Below are positions 19,705 to 28,911 of a stretch of DNA of 64,000 nt, in pieces. Positions within the stretch are counted from its first letter, which is position 1. Each line of letters begins with the position of its first letter. Source of the stretch: Treponemataceae bacterium (GTDB taxonomy: Bacteria; Spirochaetota; Spirochaetia; Treponematales; Rectinemataceae); contig CAXXGJ010000017.1 of the NCBI GenBank assembly GCA_963677895.2, forward strand, positions 96,001-160,000, in the 5' to 3' direction. The position numbers and the translations under genes are program-made. The notes under the pieces were generated by a model. It was not told where the DNA came from and ran no database searches. It was given only the letters and a program-made list of their open reading frames with translations.

Positions 19705-21012
19705 TCAGCGTTCGCGGATGAGGAGGTCCTCGTATGTTTCGCGGCGCACGGAAAGGCGATGCGAACCGTCCCTGGTCATGACGACGGCGGGACGGGGAAT
19801 GCGATTGTAGTTAGAGGCCATGGAGTGGTTGTATGCGCCCGTGGAGAAAACGGCGAGGATGTCGCCCGGTTCTGGATCGGGCAGATCGATGTCGCGTATG
19901 AGGATATCCCCCGTTTCGCAGCACTTGCCCACCACCGTCACCGTGGTACAGCTCGCCCCAACCCGATCCGCCTTATTGGCGCAGAGAGCATGGTATTTAG
20001 CCTCGTAGAGAGCCGGGCGGATGTTGTCGGCCATGCCCCCGTCGACGCCAACGTAGGTGCGTATGCCGGGTATCGTCTTGACGGAACGGAGGGTATACAA
20101 CGTGATGCCCGCTTCGCCGATGATCCAGCGGCCCGGTTCGATCGTCACCCTAGGCATGGGGATCCCCGTTTCCTCGGCGGCGCCGCGCACCAGTTCCATC
20201 ATGGGATCGATGAAGTAGCCGAGGCTCAGCTCGGGATCGCCAGGGAGATAGCGGATGCCGAAGCCTCCGCCGAGGTTGAGCTCGGAGGTCGCATAACCAT
20301 AGCCGGTCTTTACGTCGGCCATGAGTTTCAGCGCTATCCGCAGCGCCGCGAGGTGGGAAAAGTTGTCGTGTAGCTGGGATCCTATATGGAAATGAAATCC
20401 CCTGAAATCGATGTGCGGCGCGTCCAGCACGGCGCGCATATAGAGGTCGCGCAACGACGGGTCGAGAGGAATCCCGAATTTGGAATCCAGGCTCCCGGTG
20501 GAAATGAAGCGGTGCGTATGGCTGTCGACGCCCGGCGTGATCCTGTAGAGCACCCGGATTTTTTTGCCGTAGAGCTCCCCCAGCCTTTCGATTTCTTCGA
20601 TTTCGAAGAGGTTGTCGGATACTATGCGCCCGACATTGGAGCGAATGGCGTAATCGAGTTCGTCGGCCGCCTTGGCGTTGCCGTGAAAAATTATGGTCTC
20701 CGGGTCTATGCCGGCCTTGAGCGCCGCGTAGAGTTCGCCGCCGGAGACGACGTCGAGCCCTAAGCCTTCGTCGGCGACGATCCTGCACATGTCGAGGGTC
20801 TGGAAGGCCTTGCTCGCGTACACCGCCGAGGTATTGGGATACTTTTCCAGAAAAGCCGATCTGATGAGGCCGCAGCGCTCCCTCACCATGGATTCGGAAA
20901 CGACATAGAGGGGAGTACCGTAATGAGCGGCCAGTTCCGTGGCGTCGACGCCATCGAAATAAAGCTTGCTTCCGCAGATTTCCGCGCGGGAATTGAATCC
21001 TGATATGCTCAT
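19705..21012 (-). CDS. lysA: Diaminopimelate decarboxylase
   Basis: YGTPLYV, YASKA (PLP Lys), HGNAK, SKFG, HFHIGSQ, EPGR, GKCCETGD and GAYNHSMASNYN. Confidence 0.93.
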   Translation of the reverse strand: MSISGFNSRAEICGSKLYFDGVDATELAAHYGTPLYVVSESMVRERCGLIRSAFLEKYPNTSAVYASKAFQTLDMCRIVADEGLGLDVVSGGELYAALKAGIDPETIIFHGNAKAADELDYAIRSNVGRIVSDNLFEIEEIERLGELYGKKIRVLYRITPGVDSHTHRFISTGSLDSKFGIPLDPSLRDLYMRAVLDAPHIDFRGFHFHIGSQLHDNFSHLAALRIALKLMADVKTGYGYATSELNLGGGFGIRYLPGDPELSLGYFIDPMMELVRGAAEETGIPMPRVTIEPGRWIIGEAGITLYTLRSVKTIPGIRTYVGVDGGMADNIRPALYEAKYHALCANKADRVGASCTTVTVVGKCCETGDILIRDIDLPDPEPGDILAVFSTGAYNHSMASNYNRIPRPAVVMTRDGSHRLSVRRETYEDLLIRER

Positions 21013-21137
21013 AATGGCATTGTACACGATCCTCAGGCGAAGATTAAGAGTGCCGAAATGTTTTCAATATGGAAAATCCGGCGGCCAGCGGGTATACTTC
21101 GCCCAATATCGCCGACGGCGACGCTTTTATCTAGGGG

Positions 21138-21860
21138 ATGACCATGAAACCACGCATCGGACTCACCACCTTCATCGATCCGCAGGCGCGGGCGAATTAT
21201 GTTTCGCTCAGCGAACACTATACCCGTTCGGTCAGGGACTCGGGCGGCATTCCCTTTCCCATTCCGCTCGTCGAGGACCCGAGTATGGCGGAAGATTATG
21301 TCTCGAACATCAATGGCCTCCTTCTGACGGGAGGCAAGGATATCGATCCCGTTTATTATGGCCAGGATCCCCTTGTCGGGATCGGTCCTTTCGGCGCGGG
21401 ACGCGACGCGTGGGAGATGGCGCTGTTCGCCGCGGCGGCCAGGAAAGCCTTGCCTATTTTCGGAATCTGCAGAGGATGTCAGCTCATCAACGTGGCGATG
21501 GGAGGAACGCTTTTTCAGGATCTGAAAACGCAACGGCCGGGCACGAATGCCCATAGTCCGGAGGATTTCCCCGTGGACAGGCTTTACCATTCCGTCGAAC
21601 TCAAGGAAGGATCGATGCTTCATTGCACCTTCGGAAAAACTTCCCTGCGGGTGAACAGCTTTCATCATCAGGCCGTCAGGGATCTGGCGCCGGGACTGAA
21701 AGCCTCGGCTTTTGCCGCCGACGGCGTCCTGGAAGGTTTCGAGGCGGCGGACGCTTCGCGCTTTCTCGTAGCAGTGCAGTTCCATCCGGAAAGCCTCACG
21801 CTGAGATTTCCGGAATTCCTCGCTCTTTTCAGGGCTTTCGTGGAAGCTGCAGGAGGCTGA
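21138..21860 (+). CDS. Peptidase C26 gamma-glutamyl hydrolase (PuuD-like class I glutamine amidotransferase)
   Basis: GLLLTGGKDIDP, GICRGCQ (Cys nucleophile), VNSFHHQA and VQFHPE. Confidence 0.9.
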   Translation: MTMKPRIGLTTFIDPQARANYVSLSEHYTRSVRDSGGIPFPIPLVEDPSMAEDYVSNINGLLLTGGKDIDPVYYGQDPLVGIGPFGAGRDAWEMALFAAAARKALPIFGICRGCQLINVAMGGTLFQDLKTQRPGTNAHSPEDFPVDRLYHSVELKEGSMLHCTFGKTSLRVNSFHHQAVRDLAPGLKASAFAADGVLEGFEAADASRFLVAVQFHPESLTLRFPEFLALFRAFVEAAGG

Positions 21861-21946
21861 GGACGGGCTCCGGAGGGTTCTCTGGAAGTTCCAGGAGGCT
21901 GAGGAAGGCCTCCGGAGAGTTCTCTGGAAGTTCCCGGAGGCTGAGG
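21841..21946. repeat. 42-bp tandem repeat, about 2.5 copies, beginning in the last codons of the C26 gene
   Basis: Unit TGGAAG(C/T)T(G/C)C(A/C)GGAGGCTGAGG...CTCCGGAG(G/A)GTTCTC, starting at 21841, 21883 and 21925. Confidence 0.9.
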
Positions 21947-22003
21947 GCCGGCAAGAGGGCGCCTAGAGGCGCAATTTCCGGAAAAAGGGCGTCCATACAA
22001 TTT

Positions 22004-23083
22004 TCAACCGGCGAAGGGCGACTCCAGCAGTTCAAGGCTGCGCGCATCGGTGTTCATCCTGTAACGGAGACCGAGCGGCAGGGTCAGGGTCGGGGCGCAG
22101 TGCCCCGCCTCGATGCCCGCGAGAACGGGCTTTCCGCAGGGCAGGATCAGGTCGCGAAGGATTTCCTCGATCGTCAGCGAACGTTTGCCCTCGGCGGGGG
22201 CGCAGCGGGTCCAGGCGCCGATCGCGACGCCCGCGCAGTCTTCGAATTTACCCGCCAGGCGCAGCTGGTTCAGCATCCTGTCGATACGGTAGGGCGCCTC
22301 GTCGACATCCTCGATGAATATGATTTTTCCCCGCGCGTCGAGCTCCCAGGGCGTACCGATGGTGGCCGCGATGAGGGAAAGATTGCCTCCCGTGAGTTCG
22401 CCTTCGGCGATTCCGCCCGAAAGGGTATGAAAAGGACGGCCAGAGGGGTTTGTGAGGCGGAGGATCGGGGATGCGGTGGCGGTGGCGGTGGCGGTGGCGG
22501 CAACGGAGGCCGGGGCGGCTGCCGCTGGGGTGGCAATCGAGGCCAGGCCGGCGGTTTCTGGAAGCCCAAAAAGCGCTGCTTCCAGGGAAGCCCTCGAAGC
22601 CGGATCGAACTCGGGGACCATGTCGGAGGAAGGCATGGGGCCATGGAAGGTGACAAGACCAGCCAATTGGCGAAACGCGGTGTGGAGGGCGGTTATGTCG
22701 CTGTAGCCCAGAAAAACCTTGGGATGGGCGGCGATGATCGAGTAGTCGATGAGATCGAGAATGCGCGGCGTTCCATAGCCGCCTTTGAGGCAGATCACGG
22801 CGCTGGTACCCGGATCGAGAAAGGCGAGTTCCAGCTCGCGAGCCCGGGTCGCGTCTTCTCCGGCGAGGTAGCCATAGGCGTCGGCGCAATGGGGCGAAGC
22901 CTTAACCTTGAAGCCGAGGTCTGAAAGGGCCCGTATGGAGGCTTCGACCCGGTCGGGGCCGCTGGCTGAGCCCGAGGGGGCTATGAGGGAAACTGTGTCG
23001 CCTCGGAGCAGCCGGCGCGGCTTGAGGCGCCGCGGAGCGGGCACGGGCCGGCAGGAAGCCGCGCCGGCGGCAGCGGCCTTCAC
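22004..23083 (-). CDS. ldcA: LD-carboxypeptidase (peptidase S66)
   Basis: IAPSG, KGGYG, GYSDITAL (Ser), HGPM, GGNL, IEDVDE (Glu) and AGH (His). GTG start overlaps the upstream stop (GTGA). Confidence 0.9.
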   Translation of the reverse strand: MKAAAAGAASCRPVPAPRRLKPRRLLRGDTVSLIAPSGSASGPDRVEASIRALSDLGFKVKASPHCADAYGYLAGEDATRARELELAFLDPGTSAVICLKGGYGTPRILDLIDYSIIAAHPKVFLGYSDITALHTAFRQLAGLVTFHGPMPSSDMVPEFDPASRASLEAALFGLPETAGLASIATPAAAAPASVAATATATATASPILRLTNPSGRPFHTLSGGIAEGELTGGNLSLIAATIGTPWELDARGKIIFIEDVDEAPYRIDRMLNQLRLAGKFEDCAGVAIGAWTRCAPAEGKRSLTIEEILRDLILPCGKPVLAGIEAGHCAPTLTLPLGLRYRMNTDARSLELLESPFAG

Positions 23084-24267
23084 GAACGCTTTCCGAGCAG
23101 CCTGGAGACCAGGCCCGCCTGCATGGCGACGCCGATAGGCAGGCAGTCTTCGTCTATATCGAAGGCATTGGAATGCAGAGCCGCCGTAATCCCCTTCCGG
23201 GGGTTGCCGCAACCGAGATGGTAGAAAGAGCCTGGCTTTTCCTGGACGAAGAAGGAAAAATCCTCGACGCCCATGCTCGCCTTATCGCGCCAGATTATAG
23301 AATCAGGACCCAGCAGATCCTTCGCCTCCTCGGCGATGAGATCCACCACCCAATCGTGGTTGATGAGCGCCGCATAGCCCGCGACGATTTCGACTTCACC
23401 GGATCCCCCGAAGGCGACAGGCAGGTTGGCGACGATGGCCCTCACCCTCTCCGCGATTTCCGCTCTTACCTGAGGATTCGTCGTTCTTATGGTGCCCGTC
23501 ATCCTCACCTCGTCGGCGATGATGTTGTTGCGGGTGCCTCCCTGGATGGTTCCGAGCGTAAGCACGGCTTCCTGGAGGGGAGAGACGTAGCGGGAAACCA
23601 CCGAATGGAGCGCGTCCACTACCTTGGCCGCTATCATGATGGCGTCGATGCCCGTGCTGGGATAGGCGGCATGAGCTCCCTTGCCCCGTATGGTGACGCC
23701 GAGAAAATCGGAGGAGCCATTGAGGGCCCCATGCTTCAGCTCGACCTTTCCCGTCGGCACATCCGGCATGACATGGAGCCCTATGACAAAATCGACATGG
23801 GGATTCTCGAGACAGCCGTCGGCGATCATCTTCGCCGCCCCGCCCGTCGTCTCTTCTGCGGGCTGGAAAAGAAACTTGACCGATCCCTCCAGCTTGTTCC
23901 GATGCTCCATCCAGTATTTCGCCGTGCCCAAAGCGATCGTCATATGGGCGTCGTGGCCGCAAGCGTGCATGTAACCCTTGTGGAGGGACGCATAGACGCG
24001 ATCGGCGGATTCATTCACCGGCAAGGCATCCATGTCCGCCCTCACGCCGACCACTTTGCCGGATTTTTTTCCCTCGACGAGCGCCACGATGGAGGTTCGC
24101 CTTTTTTCGTAGGGGACACCAAGTTCTTCCAGGATGCCGCAGACCGCTTCCTGCGTCTCGAACTCGGCGTCGCCGGCTTCAGGTATCCGGTGGAGAGTCC
24201 TACGCGTCTGGACGAGCCAGTCCTTCATCGTTTTCATTGCTTCCAGCAATTCCTTACCTGTCGACAT
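23080..24267 (-). CDS. M20 family amidohydrolase/metallopeptidase
   Basis: LHRIPE, RADMDALP, MHACGHDAH, FQPAEE, GAHAAYP, MGVEDF and LHS; TAAGGAG RBS. Confidence 0.9.
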   Translation of the reverse strand: MSTGKELLEAMKTMKDWLVQTRRTLHRIPEAGDAEFETQEAVCGILEELGVPYEKRRTSIVALVEGKKSGKVVGVRADMDALPVNESADRVYASLHKGYMHACGHDAHMTIALGTAKYWMEHRNKLEGSVKFLFQPAEETTGGAAKMIADGCLENPHVDFVIGLHVMPDVPTGKVELKHGALNGSSDFLGVTIRGKGAHAAYPSTGIDAIMIAAKVVDALHSVVSRYVSPLQEAVLTLGTIQGGTRNNIIADEVRMTGTIRTTNPQVRAEIAERVRAIVANLPVAFGGSGEVEIVAGYAALINHDWVVDLIAEEAKDLLGPDSIIWRDKASMGVEDFSFFVQEKPGSFYHLGCGNPRKGITAALHSNAFDIDEDCLPIGVAMQAGLVSRLLGKRS

Positions 24268-24307
24268 TCCAGACTCCTTAAGTTTTACCGGCGCGCGGAC
24301 CAGCGGA

Positions 24308-25504
24308 CTAGAACCGCCGCAGCGTCGATCCCGAGAGACGATTATCCAGAGCGACAACCTTCCCGCTTCGCGTATACAAGCGCGGGACCCTTCTTCCGAT
24401 ACCGCACAGCAGCTCGTTCCTGTTGGTGGATCCCCATTCGGAAGCTTCGTTCAGGCTTATGGCCCCTCCTCCCAGAAGGATCACTTCATCGCCTTCGGCA
24501 ACGCCATCGACAGCTCCCACGTCCACCATAGTCTGGTCCATGCAGACCAGGCCAACTACCATCGCCCTCTTCCCCCTGATGAAGACCTGAGCCTTGTTGC
24601 CGAAGCGCCGGGGATAGCCGTCGGCGTACCCGACTGGAAGCGTGGCCACAAGCGTGCCTCCCTTCGGAGCCTGCCATGAATCGTCGTAGGAAACCATTTC
24701 GCCCTCTTCCAGCCGCCTGATTCTCGCGATCCGCGTGACGAAAGTTCCCGCCGGGGGGAATGGGTACGCATCGTATTCAGCCCCCATTCTCGAAGGCCTG
24801 ACGCCGAAAAACGCCGCCCCTACCCTGACCATGTCGAGCCTGAATTCGGGGTACCGGACGGCGCCTATGCTATCGCAGACATGGCGCTGCCCGGTTGGAA
24901 TGCCCTTCGCGGCACAGCCGGCCAAAATTTCATTATAGGCCGCGAATTGAGCCATATCCGATTCCCGATCGCGAAGCGCGAGATGAGTAAAAATCCCACG
25001 CAGATCCAGTCCCGGCATTCCCGCGATAGTCCCGATTATTCCGACGGTATCCTCGTAAGGCTTCATGCCCAGCCGGTTCATCCCTGTATCCAGCTTGATA
25101 TGGACGGGAAGAACCGCGCCTGCCTTGACCGCCGCGTCGGAAAAAGCCCCGGCGTTCTTCGCGTCAAACAAGGTGGGCATAATTCGATGCTCGACGGCAA
25201 GGCCGGCAAATTCCTCTGGTGTATGCCCCATGACGAGGAGATCGGCATCGGGAAAGGCCATCCGCAGCTCGAGGGCTTCGGAAATCGTGGCGACGGCGAG
25301 CAGGTCGGCGCCGGCCGCCAGCAGCGTCCCGCCGATCATCACGGCGCCGTGCCCGTAGGCGTCTGCCTTGATGACGGCGGCGATCTTCACCGTATCTCCT
25401 ACGATAGTCTTCATATCCCGGAAATTGGATTCCACGACATCGAGATCGATGGAATAATAGGTCTGTCGGCCCAGACTTCTCAGGATATCGCCGCCGGGCT
25501 TCAT
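24308..25504 (-). CDS. alr: Alanine racemase-family PLP racemase, divergent paralogue
   Basis: IKADAYGHG, HIKLDTGMNRLG, VSYD (catalytic Tyr), GYADG and CMDQ, but atypical HVCDSIG and GLVCMDQ. Confidence 0.85.
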   Translation of the reverse strand: MKPGGDILRSLGRQTYYSIDLDVVESNFRDMKTIVGDTVKIAAVIKADAYGHGAVMIGGTLLAAGADLLAVATISEALELRMAFPDADLLVMGHTPEEFAGLAVEHRIMPTLFDAKNAGAFSDAAVKAGAVLPVHIKLDTGMNRLGMKPYEDTVGIIGTIAGMPGLDLRGIFTHLALRDRESDMAQFAAYNEILAGCAAKGIPTGQRHVCDSIGAVRYPEFRLDMVRVGAAFFGVRPSRMGAEYDAYPFPPAGTFVTRIARIRRLEEGEMVSYDDSWQAPKGGTLVATLPVGYADGYPRRFGNKAQVFIRGKRAMVVGLVCMDQTMVDVGAVDGVAEGDEVILLGGGAISLNEASEWGSTNRNELLCGIGRRVPRLYTRSGKVVALDNRLSGSTLRRF

Positions 25505-26442
25505 TATTTCCCGCCCGCCAGACGGGGATTCCCGCCCCCGAGGGCGCCAAAATTCTTCAGGCTCAGTATCATCGCCTCCGAGAACCGCCCTTCGTAAATA
25601 CAGAGCGCGGGACCCGTCATCAGCACCGATGGGCGGGAAAGATCGAGCGAAAGAATCCCGCCGGGCATATGCACCCGGACGAGCCCCTCGACCAATCCCA
25701 GCTTTTTGGCGACGCTCGCCGCGGCGCAGGAGGAAGAGCCGCTCGCCAGCGTATAGCCCGCCCCCCTCTCCCATATCTCTATCCGCAGGTTGTGCCTGTC
25801 CATCACTGTCGCGAACTGCACATTGGTCCGCTCGGGAAAGAGCCGATGATTCTCGACGAGGGGACCCAGGCGTTTCGCCAGCTCAGGCGTCGGGTTTTCG
25901 GCAAAAATGACGCAGTGTGGATTGCCCATGGAGACGAAGGTCGCGGAAACGCTTTCGGTTCCCAGATCCAGCTTCCCCTGGACGAATTCCGGAAAATCGG
26001 TCGCGAGTCCGGCGGCGGATGCCGAAAAAGAAGGCTCGCCCATATCCACCTTTATGCGAGGCGGATCGAGGCTTTCGACCTTAGCCAGAACCCTGCCGCC
26101 TTTCGTGCCCACGGGAAATTCCTCGCCGTTCACGTAGCCTTGTTCCGCGAGGAATAGGCAGAAAATCCTCAGCCCATTGCCGCTCTTTTCGGCTTCGGAA
26201 CCATCCGGATTGAAGATCCTGACCCATGGAGTCGCGGCGAGGCCGAGGAGGCCGGCGGGCATGCCCGCGAGATCGTTTTCGGAGGCGAGAGGTCCCAGCA
26301 GTATGCCGTCGGAACCGGCGCCCATGTTCCTGTCGCAGATCGCCCGCACGGCGTCGGCCACGGGCACGAAGGGAAATTCCCTTGGGTCGATGACGATATA
26401 ATCGTTGCCCAGGGCATGGTATTTCCTGAACTCAGCCGACAT
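25504..26442 (-). CDS. dapF: Diaminopimelate epimerase family protein, Ser/Ser active-site variant
   Basis: KYHALGNDY, GSDG, NPDGSEAEKSGNG, MGNPHCV, FPERTNV and WERGAGYTLASGSS. Confidence 0.9.
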   Translation of the reverse strand: MSAEFRKYHALGNDYIVIDPREFPFVPVADAVRAICDRNMGAGSDGILLGPLASENDLAGMPAGLLGLAATPWVRIFNPDGSEAEKSGNGLRIFCLFLAEQGYVNGEEFPVGTKGGRVLAKVESLDPPRIKVDMGEPSFSASAAGLATDFPEFVQGKLDLGTESVSATFVSMGNPHCVIFAENPTPELAKRLGPLVENHRLFPERTNVQFATVMDRHNLRIEIWERGAGYTLASGSSSCAAASVAKKLGLVEGLVRVHMPGGILSLDLSRPSVLMTGPALCIYEGRFSEAMILSLKNFGALGGGNPRLAGGK

Positions 26443-27553
26443 CGGCTCCTCCCTTCGCGATCCTGGGCACGCGCTTCGAGATGCCGCAGGTCACTTCATA
26501 ATCGATGGTGCCCATAAGGCCGGCGAGTTCTCCGGCGGGCAATTCGGGAAGACCGAAAAGAGTGACCTCATCGTCAAGCATGGCTTCGGGGATATCCGTT
26601 ATGTCTATCATCACCTGATCCATGCAGATTCGACCCGCGATGGGTGCCTTCCTTCCCCTTACGATCACGCTGCCTTTATTCGAGAGGAGACGGGAATAGC
26701 CGTCGGCGTAACCGATCTGCAAAAGAGCGATGCGCGAATCCCGCCGCGCGGTGAAGAGCCTGCCGTAGCTGACGCTTTCTCCTTTTTTCAGCAGGCGGAT
26801 ATTGGCTATGGACGCGCAGAGCTGCATGACTGGGAGGAATCCCTCAGGCGGATTCGGATTCGCGTCGGGGGAAAGGCCGTAGAAGAGTATGCCGGGACGA
26901 ACCATATCGAATCGCGCTTCGGGGATATGGAGAAGAGCGGCGCTGTTGGAAATATGCCGTATGGGGGGGCAGACGCCGGCCGCCTTCATGCTTTCGACAG
27001 CGCGCCGGAATTCGGCGAGCTGACGATAGGTGAAGGAAGTGTCGGGATTGTCGGCGTCCGCGAAATGGGAGTAGACGCCTTCAATATATAATCCTTCCAT
27101 GGACGCGAGCGAACGGGAAAAGGATTCCGCGTCATCGGGGGAAATGCCCTGGCGATGCATGCCCGTATCGATCTTGACGTGGATTTTGGCCGGATGATTC
27201 AGGCGGCGCGCGGACTTGGCGAGCGCGAGCGCGAGTTCCATAGTGTACACGGTCTGCGTAATATTCTGCGATACTACAATATCGGCGTTTGAGGGATCGG
27301 TGGTGCCGAGAACGAGGAGGGGCGAGGCGATGCCGGCCGAGCGAAGCTCCAGGGCTTCTTCCAGAAGGGCTACCGCGAGATAATCGATTCCCTCGCGGTC
27401 GAGGGTGCGCGATACGGCGATGGCGTCATGGCCGTAAGCGTCGGCCTTGACGACGGCGCAGACTTTTGCCTGGCCGGCAAGGATTCGAATTTTACGCAGG
27501 TTGTTGACGAGATTGTCGGTGTGAATATAAGCGGCGGCTTTTCTGTTCATCAT
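26432..27553 (-). CDS. alr: Alanine racemase
   Basis: AVVKADAYGH, DTGMHRQG, YSHFA, HISNSAA, MVRPGI, VSYG, GYADG and GRICMDQ. Confidence 0.92.
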   Translation of the reverse strand: MMNRKAAAYIHTDNLVNNLRKIRILAGQAKVCAVVKADAYGHDAIAVSRTLDREGIDYLAVALLEEALELRSAGIASPLLVLGTTDPSNADIVVSQNITQTVYTMELALALAKSARRLNHPAKIHVKIDTGMHRQGISPDDAESFSRSLASMEGLYIEGVYSHFADADNPDTSFTYRQLAEFRRAVESMKAAGVCPPIRHISNSAALLHIPEARFDMVRPGILFYGLSPDANPNPPEGFLPVMQLCASIANIRLLKKGESVSYGRLFTARRDSRIALLQIGYADGYSRLLSNKGSVIVRGRKAPIAGRICMDQVMIDITDIPEAMLDDEVTLFGLPELPAGELAGLMGTIDYEVTCGISKRVPRIAKGGADVG

Positions 27554-27559
27554 ATAGTA

Positions 27560-28774
27560 TCAGCCTTTCTCCTGATCTTGGCGTTTCGGTTGCGTTGTTT
27601 GATTTGCTCGGCTCGATGAGCTCGGTCCGCTGCAGGCGGTCAGCGTCTTGTCCCAGATGAAAAGCTCGGCTTTCGCCCCCACCTCTATGCTTCCCCCCTG
27701 CCCGCCGGCCGTGAAGCCGAGGGCGGCGCCGGGCGTGCGACTCATGGAGGCAAGCGCAGGGGCGAGGGAAAGACCAGTGGCCTCCATGAAGGATTTCACT
27801 ATCTGCATGCCTAATTTATTGGATCCGATAAGCGTGCCCGTTTCGCTGTAGCGCACACCGTTCAGGCTGGAGGAAACGGACTTCCCGAAATAGCGGTATT
27901 CGCCGTACTCCAGGCCGGCGGATACCACGGCGTCGCTTGTGAGGATGAGGCGTTCCGAGGGGATGCATCGCGAGGCTGCCTTCATGCTGCTGTCGTTCAC
28001 GTGGATACCGTCGGCGTTGAGTTCGGTCCACGCGGGGATGCCCGCGAGGGCTATGTTGACGAGGCCGCCGCCGCCACTTCGGTGGTCCAGCCCGCTCATC
28101 GCGTTGAAGAGATGGGTCACGGAAAAGGGCGGCGGCGGCAAGGCGACTCCGGCGCTCGCGCCCGAGTGCCCCAGCGAAACAAGGACACCATTCTCTCTCA
28201 GTATCGGATAGAGCGACTCGATGCCCGGCAATTCCGGCGCGAGCGCCATTATCCTGAGCCTGCCCCTGGCCGTCTCGATGATTTTCCTGCACAAGTCAGC
28301 GTCCGGAGCCTCTATCTGCGGCAGGTTTATCCCTCCGCGATGCTTCGGGTCGATGAAGGGACCTTCGATATATATTCCCGGAATAACCTCGGGGGGCAAC
28401 CGCGAAGCCTCGATGGCATCCACGAGCCTTCCCACGGCCCCCTCATCCCAGAGGATGGTGGGAACAAAACACCCCACTCCCCTCTTTTCCAGTTTCCTCG
28501 CGACCTCTAGGATATCCTCGGCGCCCCCGACGCTTTCAAAGCCTATGCCGAAGGCTCCATGGATATGCATTTCCACAAGCCGCGGCGCTACGAAAGAGCC
28601 GCCGCAATCGACGACGGCCAAATCGCGGTCTTCAGGGTTGGATAACAAGTATTCTTCAAGGCTTTCTTCGCCGACATGACGGATCCTTCCCTCCCTGACG
28701 ACGAGGATTCCCCCTTCGAGAAGCCGGTCGGGCAGGACGAATGTGCCTCCCGAGAGGATTTGATTGTCAGCCAT
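27560..28774 (-). CDS. nagA: N-acetylglucosamine-6-phosphate deacetylase-like amidohydrolase
   Basis: MHIHG, IEGPF, LAPE, LGHS, THLFNAM, ADGIHV and LTSDA. Confidence 0.85.
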   Translation of the reverse strand: MADNQILSGGTFVLPDRLLEGGILVVREGRIRHVGEESLEEYLLSNPEDRDLAVVDCGGSFVAPRLVEMHIHGAFGIGFESVGGAEDILEVARKLEKRGVGCFVPTILWDEGAVGRLVDAIEASRLPPEVIPGIYIEGPFIDPKHRGGINLPQIEAPDADLCRKIIETARGRLRIMALAPELPGIESLYPILRENGVLVSLGHSGASAGVALPPPPFSVTHLFNAMSGLDHRSGGGGLVNIALAGIPAWTELNADGIHVNDSSMKAASRCIPSERLILTSDAVVSAGLEYGEYRYFGKSVSSSLNGVRYSETGTLIGSNKLGMQIVKSFMEATGLSLAPALASMSRTPGAALGFTAGGQGGSIEVGAKAELFIWDKTLTACSGPSSSSRANQTTQPKRQDQEKG

Positions 28775-28911
28775 ACTGCCAGCATTGTCGTACAGCTTGG
28801 CCTCGCGTGTAAAGGCAAGGGAGCTTCTTTCTTCGGCGTACATGACAAGCTTCCCGCTTCCGCGTTATCATAGATAGACCAATCGCCCTAAGGAATCCCC
28901 AAGGAACGACG

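Noticed and set aside
21013..21137. Lysine riboswitch upstream of lysA
   Set aside because: The region is too short, the -10 box sits 6 nt from the ATG, and the GTGCCGAA fragment is on the wrong strand.
21841..21946. Possible mini-CRISPR array
   Set aside because: Units are head-to-tail with no unique spacers, and there are no cas genes in the window.
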